Positions 27,175 to 39,780 of a stretch of DNA of 64,000 bases are shown here, one piece after another. The translations under genes were made by a program, and so were the position numbers. The notes under the pieces were generated by a model. The model was given only the letters and a program-made list of their open reading frames with translations. It searched no databases and was not told where the DNA came from. Source of the stretch: Epiperipatus broadwayi (Eukaryota > Animalia > Onychophora); contig JAQFVV010000007.1 of NCBI GenBank assembly GCA_028023455.1, forward strand, positions 10,912,001-10,976,000. The letters are read 5' to 3'. Numbering within the stretch: position 1 is the first letter of the stretch; every line of letters begins with the position of its first letter.

Positions 27175-30100
27175 CCCAATATGATGTGATGTAATGCACT
27201 ATGGCTTCTCCTTTCTCAGAGTTAGGAATCTCTCAGGCACTATGCCCAGAGAAACCTGTTAGCCACCTTTTCTTCCCTTTCAATTCCCCACACTAAGTTT
27301 TTCCATATTCTTCTCTATTCTGCTCCATACCACTTCCACAACATTATCCACTCTATGGTCTTTATATCTAAATCCCCCTTATCTTTTTTGAAACCCAGCA
27401 TAAAAACCAAGAACCCACTTTCTATATAATCACTTTGTTTATATTTATTCTTCCACAACTTCATTGTTTGCACCCTTTCTGCTTGCAAACATTTATATTT
27501 AATAAACAGATGCCTAATATTGTCCATGCCATACTTACATAACATGCAGACTAAATCCCTCATATTGTTCCATCTATGTATACATTCTCTTGTTGATAAC
27601 GATCCTGTTTAAGATTTAAATAGTAAGCTACTTTTCTTGTTATTATCAAAAGTTAATGTACACCCAATATTCTGGTTACTTTTATATACATATTTAAAAA
27701 TTTTTTACTCTCCATACTAGCTCTCCATCTCTCCAACTCCCTATTTTTTATTTATGCATTTATTTTTCTATTCTATTCTTTGCTACTATAACACACAACA
27801 ATCCTCACAACACAATAATACTACTTTTTGTAAAAGTATGCTGACACAAAGTCTTTATCCAAATCTTCTGCATACTACCTTTATCACCCATATTGTTGTC
27901 TTTCATTTCCTTATAACCCAGTTAAATACTATTTTGGCTATTCTCTTTCTATCCATAAACTGCATTTGTTTCATTTTGCTTTTTGCATCTCTCATGTAAA
28001 AGCTTGTCCATTCCATTTCTCCTTGAATTGCCAGTCTTGCCATCCATATTTTGAATGCATGTCTTTGTATTTCCTTTTGTACTTTTTCTAAGTAATCGAA
28101 CACCTCTTAACACATAACACATCATTCCCTTAAGTTAACCCTGCTACTGTCACTCCCTTCTGTAAAATTTTTGCTACATCATATTTATTATATAAAAACA
28201 CTGTTAATTTCTTTATCAATCTCTTTCTTTTGTTTGTTTTATTTATCAATTTTTCTCTCTTTCATCCAAGCCATTTCTCTGATTATTTATGATAATTCCC
28301 AAATATTTATACCTATTCACCACATTTAACTTTATATCCTCCAATAAAAAAATCATTCTCTTTTTCCTTCTCCAGCATTTATCATCATTACTTTTTAATT
28401 TTTCTTCACTAAATGTAATTCCCATCTCTTTATCCAGTTTTGTGCATGTTTTCAGTATAACCTTTATATCTTTCTAACTTTCTGTGAACAAAAAGATATC
28501 AGCAAATAAAGACCTGATAATGTATACATTCTCTTGCCATCTACTAACAATAACTCTACTTCTCTTACTAGTCTTTCTATTGCTCTCTCCATTTCTCTCA
28601 AATATAACAAAAACAAAATAGGTGATATAGGACATCCTTACCTTAGTTCCACCCCATTTTTACTCTAACTGATTCTATAATTTATACATATAGTAATAAT
28701 TTTCATACAATTTCTTAATATGATACACTAAAACTCCATTCCTTCCCAAATTGACTAAATTTATCAATAATCTATTCCTTTTTAATCTATCATTTGTCTT
28801 CTCTATATCTATAAAGACCATATATAACTGTTTATTTGTATTTCTACTCAGATCTATAAGTTGTGTGACTACAAATAAACTATCTCCTTTATGAATATCC
28901 ATTCTAAAACCTCCTTGTATTTCTCCAACTATGTTATTTTCATCCATCCATTTTGCCATCTTTACAGCCATCATATATGCAAAAACTTTATGTAACACTG
29001 ATGTTATGCTATTCGTTTATAATTGTTTATCTTTCTATGGTCCTTAATCTTTCCTTTAAATAATATCCTTACTCTTGCATTATTTCAGCTTTCTGAAAAT
29101 TCTGTCTTCTGTGCCTTCTTATTAAAACATGATAATAGACTTAATTTTGTCCTATTTTCTAATTCATCACCATCTATGCTGTTCATCTATCTAAACCTCT
29201 TGTTTTTTTCACTTTTAAATTTCTTTTCTGCTCATTCCTTTAATTGTCTGTAAAATATTTCCATTACTATATGCTCTCATGTTTGTTATCACTCTATCCT
29301 TTACATTTAACATCTTTTGAATACCCATTACATATTTTTAAAAAAATAATTATAACATACACCAAATCTTTTAAAAACTTGTTTTTATTTTTTTGCCACC
29401 AAAAAGATTTGGTGTATGTTATAATTATTTTTTAAAAGTATTTTGACCACTTTTAATAAAGAATCTAAGGTGAAAGAGTTTATTTTTATTTATTTTCCAT
29501 TACATATTTATTTAAGATTGTTTTATTATTTTCTAGAGCTACACTTTTTGTCCTCATCATCTAGCAATACTATTCCTCTCTCCTCTACATTTCTTCTTTT
29601 AATTATAAATTTTATTAAACGCTCACTATTATTTCAGTAATAGTTTTAACAAGGCTGTAAACCTTAGCAATGAGCGTCTGAAAAAATCGTCACTAGGGAC
29701 CTCTGTAGGTCTTTAAAACACATGCTTATTTCTTCTTTTAATATATTTCCAAAATTTTTACTCCCATCACTTCCACTTTTATTAATATCCTCCAATAATT
29801 TACTATTTAATTTCATTCTCTCACTATAATTATCTATTTTAGCCAATTTCTTTTTTTAAAAATAATTTTCCCATTTAATATTAATATCTTTTCACTTCCT
29901 TTGTTTTTAATAGCACATTTATATACTCTGCATGCTTTCCCCTATCTTTTACACTTTTTCTAATTTTCACTTCTCTATTACTTTTATTCTTATGAAATTT
30001 CTCACCTAAAACCCTTTTTGCCACTTTTTCTACTTCACTACACCAGTCCTTATATTCATCGCCAACAAACCCTTCCATGATTTTTATTCTATTTTCTATT

Positions 30101-30960
30101 ATTATAACTTATTCTTATCATTTATTCTCCATCAACATCTTTCACTATCCTTTCTACTTTTATTACTATTTTCCATCACATTACTAACCATTTCTATTAC
30201 AAAGAAATTATAATCACTATTACATACTCTCTCTTCATTATCAAAATTTTAAATTTCCATACTTTATTCATTCTCTCTTTCTTTACTAATACATAATATA
30301 TTGTTTGAAATATATTATTTCTAAATCATGTGTAGTGCCCCTCATAAATATTTGATAAATTTCTAATGCTCCAATTTTACTCTTTTACAAATTTTTTTTC
30401 AAAAGCTATCCATTCTTGTTAGCTATATCATCAGTTTCTTCAATGTGCCCATTCATATTCCCTATAAAAAATTTTTTTTCCCCTTTCTTTGAAACTCGAT
30501 ATATCTTTAACCAGACATTCATATGTGCTACTGATTCAGTAGTTTGACTATCTTCAGTGGATCTATACACTATAACCACCATCCATTCTTGTCATCCTAA
30601 CCTTATCTCAAACCACAAATGTTCTTTACATTTAACAGTATTTAACTACTTTTTTGATATTACTCCTATACCACCATACCTTTTTTCCTTTTCTATTTAA
30701 ACCCTGCCATTCCATCCTTCCAGTATAAGTTATTCTTCTTTTACATATGCTCCCATTACTACTAGTACCTCAAGCACGTCATTTTTAACTTTGTTTAATT
30801 CCAGCCACTTTTCTTGTCTCCTACCATTTTGCATATGCAAATATCCAATTTTAACAATTTCTTCTTTCCTAATTACACTTTTATAAATTCTTTTGACTCT
30901 TTTTTCTCCATTATATTCATTAAAATATTCATCAACACCCTCTATGAATAGATACAAAGT
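27175..30960 (-). mobile_element. Near full-length decayed LINE ORF2 (APE endonuclease, RT, CCHC) with a (CATCA)n 3' tail
   Basis: Endonuclease-like segments near 30400-30950 (GGIGV, FIGNMNGHI). RT motifs EIQGGFR, FIDIEK, R*GCPISPILF and LFADI. C-terminal CMLCKYGMDNIRH. Many stops and frameshifts. Confidence 0.9.
29336..29437. repeat. Near-perfect ~36-bp inverted repeat inside the LINE
   Basis: ttttaaaaaaataattataacatacaccaaatctttt versus aaaagatttggtgtatgttataattattttttaaaa. Confidence 0.85.
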
Positions 30961-33900
30961 TTGTTCACAGAGAGCATTGATGAATATCTGAATGTTTGGG
31001 AAAGTTATTTGGAATTTTTATATATTTATACACACAGTATATCTCAGTTTAAGATATTTCATGATTACTTTTTTGTCCAAGTTGTTTACAGTACTATAGC
31101 TAAATCAATGCATGCATTACATAGATTAGTTATTTACCACAAATCATAGGTTATGATATAAAACATGACAATGTGTTTTACATCTTGACACATGATGGAA
31201 TAATGTGCTAACATTAAATTTTGTTTTAAATTGACCTCAACTACTAATGAAATCTTTGAATTAATTTGAACTGTATATGGCCATAAACCATTCTATGACA
31301 GAGCATTGAAGATTCTCTACAAAGGTATTGCAAATAATTGTCACAATTCATCTTGTAACTCATGATTAACATAAAATCTTTGTGGTCAGTACACTTAACT
31401 ATACCTCTATCTAACATATATATCGATTCAGAATTAACATTGCAACCTGCTAGAGAGAGAACCAATCACCTTTCCACTAGGATCTATTGTGTAAACATAT
31501 ATAAAAGAAATACGAGAAGTATGATGTGTATCATCAATGTTAACATATGCTTTTTTAAAGTTATATGCAATAAAAAGTATTCAAGCCTATTTGTTTTAAA
31601 ACCCAGGTTATATAATGGAAATAACATTAAGAAAATCACATGTGAAACAATGATGATTACAAAAGCTTTTGTAGTAATAATAATAATGATGATGTCTTAA
31701 TGCTGGAAGTCAATTCTTACAATGAATTTTACCTTCTTTAAATTAAATAATTCTCACCATCAATTTAGCTCAAGCTACTGAATTCAGATAAGAATTATAT
31801 ATGATTATTAAGTAACTAGTAGGGTTAATATATAGTCATCTTTTTAATTATTCCTCAGCTTTTACTTTTATAAAAGACAGTAATTATTTTGTATAGGCCC
31901 TACTCATTCTAGGGAATTGTTTGTTTTTAATAAATGATAGTCAACTAAGCACTCCCACACACATAGCTTTTGAGTAACTATAGTGTTTTGGTTTATAAAT
32001 TAAACTGTAAATAAAATACAAATAAGAACACACACATACATAAATAAGTAAAACAGAGTAAATGTACTCTAAAATATTAATAGCTGAGAATGTTTTCAGT
32101 TCAGCACAATGGATTCATGCAATTAGTCATTCAAACAGAAATATTGTTATTTATCTATTGAAATTCTAAACATGCTGAACAGCACACTATTAAATCTCTA
32201 ATTCAAAACGTTATGAGAATTATGTACCTTTAAAAGAAAAATTAAGGAAGCCTGTTACATTGCTAGTTCTAACGATGTTTTGGGTCAGATATCTAGTTGT
32301 TTTTATGTTAATAGCTGATTATATGTACCTGGTACACTGCATCAAAAGTGTATTTAATATTAATATATTATAATGTATTTACTCAGATTGATATATGTAT
32401 GGATGCACACATATATAAGATGCAAATTTATTTTCTAGTCTATGATTTAATGTTAGTATAATAAAGTAATAATAAAATGTTAATACATTGGTTATTAGTA
32501 TGTATTTGGACAAACTCTTGTAAAGATGCCTATCCAAGAAATATTACCAAATTCTGATTGCAGGTCAGTCAAGATGCAAGACTGTGCATGCATAAGAGTA
32601 CAATAAAAGGTTTTTGCTAAAATATGTTCAAAGCAGTGGTTAAATTTCATTTATATGCCTATCCACATTAGATGTGTTTCTGTTGTCACTTACCATTGTT
32701 TCAATATTGACCCTAAAAATTATGTGAATTGCATTTCTCTAAAATGTGTTACCACTAATATATTTATTTATTATGATGATGAATCATCTTTTCTCACCAT
32801 CAGTTGTATTTCTCCTGAATTAGATTTTTTCATATTTTGATTCTGTGAAATCTATTTCAACCTTATATAAAGTGAACATTAAATAAGCATTCACATGTAA
32901 TATGATCTGAAATATCCAAGTATTCATTTCACTTGTTGCTAAAATGTTTTCAAAGTCTTATGAAGTGTTTCAGCTTTTGCATTTATCACTGAATGTCAGG
33001 AAATAGATTGTCAATGATATAACAAAAGACAAAAGGTGGATGTCATTTACAAGTTCATTTAAATAATTCTTTGAGAATCTGGTATATGAATTATTTTAGA
33101 TATGTATTCAGATTTGTGTGTTTTTGAATAGGTTTTCTTTTTCAGTGTTTACTTGGTAATTATGAAACAACATTCCAATGACAACAATATATGTATAAGT
33201 TTGCATATAGGACTAAAATAATGTACTGTAGAATCATAAACACTGTAGTTAATGGAATGTAAATAAATATAATTCTGTAAGGATAAGCAGTAAGTTTTTA
33301 TAACAACATTCGCTCATTTAGAAGATTCAGTTAAATCAGTTACATCTTCACCTTCAATTCAAACATATTTTTTAATAATAATATTAATTATGTAATTATT
33401 ACCACACATTTAGAAGTGATATTAGAAATTACCATTTGTTACTTAATTAGTTCTTATAGCTAATTACATTTTTGCCCATGTGATTTGGAGCAGTGGTAGA
33501 ATTATAGATTCTAAGTTCAAGACCATTAGATAATATACTTCCAATGCTTAAACTTGTTCTGAATTTCAAGCAATAAATTATCCAATTATTATGATTTAGT
33601 GCATTGGTTAAGTGGCAAATTCATGAGTGAAAGATGCTTGGATCACAGCAAGCTGTGTCATTTCCAATGCTCAAATATAAAATCCTGAGTAATAAATCAA
33701 TCAATTATTTTTTATTATATTTTATTTTAGTAAATGTTTTGGAAAAGGATAGAACCAAAATTATTCACTTTCAGTCTTTTGATGGGACAAAAATATATCC
33801 ATTCCCCAAAGTTACATAAATGAATGACTTACATTTTTTTCTATAAATCAATGAAGTTAAAAAATTCTGAAGAAAAATTAAATTAATACATTCTTACAAT

Positions 33901-34144
33901 ATGAAGCATTATAATAACTGTTATAAAAGGTATACAGAGCATTTCAGCCCCAAATGTAGCTAGTGAGTTTCTTCTCCAAGATGCTTATTGTACAATCTTT
34001 GAAATAACTCATATATTATGTAATAACATGGTTTAATTATTCACCACTACCATGTTAAGGTGCTTGTATACCTAGATCATGAATTACAACATAAAATGTG
34101 ACACTGTGTTTTGTATTCTAATCCACAATGAAACAATTACCTAA

Positions 34145-34270
34145 CATTAGGTTTGTTTTAACTTCGGAAACTGCTATTAAAACTTTTAAAATGATTTAAA
34201 CTATGTATGGCAGTGAAGCCATGAGTATAAAAATGTTTTTCAAGTGGTTTATAAGATTTTGTGACATGGA
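34145..34270 (+). mobile_element. Mariner transposase N-terminal remnant
   Basis: IRFVLTSETAIKTFKMI*TMYGSEAMSIKMFFKWFIRF resembles the mariner HTH region and the 4345 remnant. Confidence 0.6.
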
Positions 34271-35405
34271 AAACATTGAAACTAAAGGTAAGAAACATAG
34301 AGCAAAATTTAATTTATAACCCATTATCCATATATGCTAGTACTTTAAATATTTTGTGGTGATTAGCTAAATAATGTTATTATATAGCACTAGAGTAGGT
34401 ACTGTGGACAGTTTGGAGAGGCAGCCAGTGACATTTTTTATTGGAAAGTACCTATATATATATATGGAAGATTAAAGTAAAAATAATTGATGATGGACTT
34501 TAAAAAGATATTAAAAGAATTTGCAGGAAAAAAGTGAAAAAGGATAAACTTAGAGAAAGCACTTATAGAGATGACCAGAAACCATCTTATATCAGATATC
34601 TAATGATAGTGCTCATAAAACACAAATCATGTGTGTGTATTTACAGAAGACAATCTACTGCAAGTTCAGAATTACTGACTACTAACAAAGTGTACATCAT
34701 CCTAACCTATTATAAAGTATATGGACAGTTAATTTTTCCATCATTGTTCTCATTTGCTACATAATCATATTCTAAAAGTTGATATAATTTAATTTTTCTG
34801 TGTATTTTTTTTTATTAGAATATAAATTTATTCTACTTTATTCATGATGCTTTTATTTTAAAATCAAACACAAAATAGATTAATTGAAATGAACATCATG
34901 TTTAGACTCAAAAACTAAAGACAAATAACCCCTTTCTGCTACTTAAATGTAGACAGGTTATGAAGAATGTAAATCTGATAATATGAGTGTAAAGAGTTTT
35001 TTATGAAATATCTGATAATTTATCAAACAAACTTGAATATCATTTTCCAAATAGTGTATTGATAAACAACTTACCTAGTCTGGGTTGGCAAAAAGGTATC
35101 TGGCTGATGATAGCTGGTGGGGTATTTTCTGTGATGGTCAATTGATTTTTACTGCACTGATGTCTGTTGTGGGAAATATTACATACACATAACTGTTGAA
35201 CTTGTGGTTTATTTTTATGTCAAATAAAAATTTCAACTTTTCATTTTTTTTTTTTGTTGCTTTCTTTTAACAGTATCTTTGTTAGTTAGCAGATAAGGAA
35301 AATAATGATTACAGATGTTTAGATGATTGTATATTGCTATTTGTTAAGTGGTACTTTTTATATTAATTGTTTTCCTCGAAAAATATACAGTAAAATTATT
35401 GTGAA

Positions 35406-35407
<2 letters not shown>

Positions 35408-35498
<91 letters not shown>

Positions 35499-35547
35499 TA
35501 TTATTATTATTATTATTATTGTTGTTGTTGTTATTATTATTATTAAT
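35408..35547. repeat. Compound microsatellite (AAT)n-(ATT)n-(GTT)n-(ATT)n
   Basis: Direct reading. The poly-I and poly-N/Y ORFs are artefacts of this repeat. Confidence 0.95.
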
Positions 35548-36294
35548 AGATTGCATTAGCTCATGTGATTTTTATTACTTTAATATCAAATATATATATA
35601 TATAAAATATAAACAAAAATAGAAATTTGTAACTAAATAATTTCACATTTAAAGTATTTTGTGGCACGATTCATGTTTTTACTCAATTTAATGTTACTTA
35701 GATGTTGTATTTTTTGTATTTTGTCATTGCCAGATAGAGTGGATGATGGTAGGGAGCTTGAAAGTCTGGGTTTAAATCCCTTTCATTAAATTATTATTTG
35801 TAAAAGTGTGTACATGTATTTCATTTTACTATATACAACAACACTGCTTAATTATAATATATTTTTTCTAACTTACAATTTTAAAAAAGTCTCAAATTAT
35901 TGATTAATATTTAGATTTCTCACTGTTATAGCTGGTCGGACAAAGGAAAAGATCACTGCAAAATTAAGTTGAGTCACACAATAAAATTATTTCTGGACTT
36001 TTTAAAACCTAAATAGCAGTTATTATTTATAGTATTGTAATGAATATAGTTTATATATAATAGAAGATAAATAAATCATAAACAGAAAATTTTACATACC
36101 TAAAAAAATAAGAGTACATTTAAAAATATTTTTGCTTTAAATACAAAAACATTCTTTATTTTTATTAATTATTGAGAATTAATTTTTGTTTATAAAACAT
36201 AGGTGTATAAACATAATACAAATAAAATGTCCATTAATTAAAAACTATTGTAATAACTGTAACACAGGCTTATTATATACCTGTGTATATATAT

Positions 36295-36710
36295 GTAATA
36301 TATAGGGTATATGAGCACAGACTTTCACATAACTCACCACTCTCCACACTATCTCATAACACTGATACACTTGAACACATATATGTCGAAAAGATAAACA
36401 ATCACTAATAAACGTATATCATGCTAAACCAGCAATCATCAGTTGGTCCAGATTATCATCTCCACACATATATGCTATAAGTGCTTACATATATATTAAG
36501 ATAGCCAATCTTCATACTTAAATGGACAGGCTTCAATCTACTCCACACTCCAACTCTTCAACCGTCCATCTAATTGAAAATCTGATGATGGAATGCTCAA
36601 AGGCCACCCTGAGGCCGAGATTCTTGTCACAACCATGTTGACCTAAACTCAATCTGACCCCTCATGTACAGAACATAATCCATTAATACAAGGGATGGGA
36701 AGACATCTCT
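36295..36710 (-). mobile_element. Family C repeat copy with a hammerhead at 36404-36448
   Basis: Minus strand reads ggaccaa-CTGATGA-ttgctggtttagcat-GATA-tacgtt-TA-ttagt. Homologous to 44334-44835, 48284-48992 and 57950-58297. Confidence 0.8.
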
Positions 36711-37419
36711 ACTATGTAATAACTGTAACACAGGCTTATTATATACCTGTATATATATATATATATATGTAATATATAGGGTGTAATAAAAATAAAAATT
36801 AACCGATAGTACTTCTGCGGATTGAAAGACTGCATATAATAGTTAATTACCGTTATATTTATTATTTTTATTGTGTACAAACATATATATCAAATATACG
36901 CACTTCTAAATGTATATATATGGGTGTGTTTTTTAAATGTTTTTATTTATAAAAACCATAAGATCTATTTATTATTCACATTATATGCTAGGATTCTTGA
37001 AACAAAATATAGCAAATTAGGAAGTTTTACTGTTTATATAAAAGATCTAATCATATAGTGATATCATATTCACCTGAAATTTTTCGGATATGGATTTAAT
37101 CAGACCCTTATAAAATTTAAAAAAGGTTTCAAGTTTCAGTAAAGTTTAGAATTTTAAATAACTAATTTTTATCTTAGCTTTGATAGTTAGCCCATATGGG
37201 TATCTCGCAATTTTTATTTGAGAGTAAACCAGGGGATGAATAATTGCCTAGATTTTCATAAGTTGGCTGCTCTCTTCTTTCCTACTTCTTTATATGGAAA
37301 CAGTTGTAATGGCCTTTGTGTAATGACATGCTATTTAAAGGCTATTTTACATTTTAAAATCTAATTTATGCATATTCTAGTGAAACGTAAAAATATATGC
37401 AGAAATAGATTTTAATATA

Positions 37420-37770
37420 TATATATACATAAACATTAAAAGCATAAAGCTAAAGGTAACCTAGTTAATAAAATAATCAAAATTATCCCAAATTTACATC
37501 TCAAACAGACTAAACAAAAAAATAAACTCTGAAATACAAGCAATGGTTTCACTGCTACAAGCAGACGTGTCAAGTGTAGAGAACTACAAAATATGTTTAA
37601 ATATATTGTTTTGTAGTTTTTTATACTTGAGAAGTCTGTTTGTAGCAGTGAAACCTTTGGTTGTGTTTTAGAGTTTAATTTTTTAGCTAGTCTGATTGAA
37701 TTGTGAATTTGAAATAATTTTGATTATTTTTCAGATTAGTTTAGTTTTATGCTTTTAATGTTTATATACA
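37420..37770. mobile_element. Outward-facing foldback (family H) with a variant hammerhead-like motif in both arms
   Basis: The arms mirror around ~37592. The right arm reads cttgagaa-gtctgtttgtagcagt-GAAA-cctt and the left arm (minus) reads cttgacac-gtctgcttgtagcagt-GAAA-ccatt. Confidence 0.65.
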
Positions 37771-37949
37771 TAGACTAAATTAAGTTTGATTTCTGTATCC
37801 TTTCCAAAATATATGTAATATTAAAATTTATATACATATTAAATACAAAAAATATAATTGAAAGTATTTCTAATAAAAAAAGTTGTCTTCTTTGAAAGAA
37901 ATGAAATAAAAAGATGAAATTAAAGAATCTCTGTTATTAAAAATCTATG

Positions 37950-38370
37950 ATATGATGATGTGATGTGATGTACTATAGCTTCTCCTTAAACGAAGTCAAG
38001 AATCTCTCAACAATTATGCCCAGAGAAACCTGTTAGCTACTTTATTTTCCATTCCCCATTCTAATTTTTTCCATATTCTGCTCCATCCCATTTCCACAAC
38101 ATAATCTTTGTCAACTCTATGGCCTTTATATCTAAATCCGCCTTATCTTTTTCCAAACTCAGCATAAAAAACAATAATCCACTTTCTGTATAATCACTTT
38201 TTTCATATTTATTCCTCCATAACTTCATTATATGTACCCTTTCTGTTTTCAAGCATTTACATTCAATTAACAGATGCCTAATATTTTCTATTTCTTCCTT
38301 ACATAATTTACAAAATAAATCACCCATATTTTTTCATTTACATATATATTCCCTTGTTGCTAACAATAAT
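37950..38370 (-). mobile_element. 3' fragment of the same LINE family
   Basis: CKLCKEEIENIRHLLIECKCL, with a catcacatcacatca tail at ~37950-37975. Confidence 0.85.
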
Positions 38371-39249
38371 AAATATGACAGCTAGTGGCTCTAGGAATAC
38401 AATGTTAGCAGGTCCTCTATATTAGGTGAAATTAAAAAAGGATAACGAAGCTTCACTGTAATATTTTGAAGCAAACTGAGGGTAAACTCATTACCTTTAA
38501 GTGTTGTTATCAAAATGAAGAAAACTTTTAGTTTCCTAACAGCAACAAGGTTTTAACTGACATTGTTGTGAAAACAAAGATGGCAGACAACATTTCAAAT
38601 CAAGTGCAAAATAGAGGGGAAAATGCAAGTCAAGAAAACAGCAGTATAAATAAACAACTGACAAAAAAAGAGAATCCAGTTAACAAAGAAAACACATCAG
38701 GTGATTTGGACTATATGACACCCAAAATATCACAAGGGACAGAGGAAGTGAATGTTATTGAAGGCTTCAAAAAGTTTAAAATTGAAAACAACATTATCTA
38801 AAAAGCGAAACCGATTAATAAGAACAAAACTATAAAATCTAAATTTGAAACTAATGAGAGAAGTAAGTCAAACAAATTATTTAATGTTAATAACTAAGAA
38901 TTCAACTATGAAGAGGCATTACAATCAAAAATGAAAATCTACACAAATGCAGTAAAAACTGGAGGGAATAGACATATGGAGTAATATCATAATATATTGA
39001 ATTTAATGGATGAGGAAGATGAACAATCAACTGTTTTACAGTAATCACTCAATAAATAACTTTTAATAAGAATTGAAAATTTTTAAGAAATAAAAGCGAA
39101 CAATTCTTTTACCAAGATCATAACCACCGACAAATTCATTTCACACACTGGATGCTAGACACTCCAGCTAGAAATATCATCTTCGTAACATATTATAATA
39201 GAGTTCTGTTGTAATATTTGTGGGCACAGGTGATAGTGGTTGCTGGAGG

Positions 39250-39780
39250 TCTGGTTTATGGGTGTGAGCTGTTGACAATTATTGCTATTACCCAGAAAAC
39301 CTGCTGGGAGAGTACAGGGTCAAAGTTTTCAGTGCCTTTTCCACTCTGATGGGTTGCTGCACCCTTTGATGGGTTGTTTTTGAGCAGTGCAGATCTGTGC
39401 TTATCACTTGTTAATTTTTTCCCCAGTTGGCATTCCAATTTTGGGCAGGTAAACAGAAAGTGGTCCCTGCCCATTTGGACTGTTGAATTGGGAGATAGAG
39501 GTAACTGAAATGGGCATGGCTCTGGTCAAGGATTTAATGTCTAATGGCCTTGGACCTCATTGCCTGTTGTGGTGGATGGCACAATGCTGGATGTCCACCT
39601 ATTCAGTTGAAGCATTTGGGTCTTCCATTCAAGGCCCTAGGGATGGAGATAATTGGGTGATGGATGACTTCTCGGCAGTTGGGCCATGTAGATCCATATA
39701 CAGATACACATTAAACAAAATTATACAACCCTTTTATGGATATAATTGTTATCGAGTGTATGTACTTTTTATAAACCTGG
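39250..39780 (-). mobile_element. LINE ORF1 (gag-like) zinc-knuckle remnant
   Basis: In-frame YGSTWPNCRE...RPKCFN*IGGHPALC resembles the tandem CCHC knuckles of I/Jockey-type ORF1 proteins. Confidence 0.45.

Noticed and set aside
33481-33525. tRNA gene (A-box and B-box-like motifs; similar short motifs near 5685 and 56125)
   Set aside because: Too short and no cloverleaf. At most these are SINE remnants.
35323-35559. Poly-Ile and poly-Asn/Tyr ORFs
   Set aside because: These are translations of trinucleotide microsatellites.
36583-36630. Hammerhead at ctgatgatggaatgc on the plus strand of family C
   Set aside because: No stem II followed by GAAA. The real motif is on the opposite strand.
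36295-36730. Family C as a solo LTR (TGT...ACA)
   Set aside because: No short TSD, PBS or PPT was seen, and other copies occur as inverted pairs with variable inner breakpoints.
38568-38801. 77-aa ORF as a host gene
   Set aside because: It is low-complexity and lysine/asparagine-rich, has no recognisable domain, and the adjacent sequence is full of stops. It is probably TE debris.
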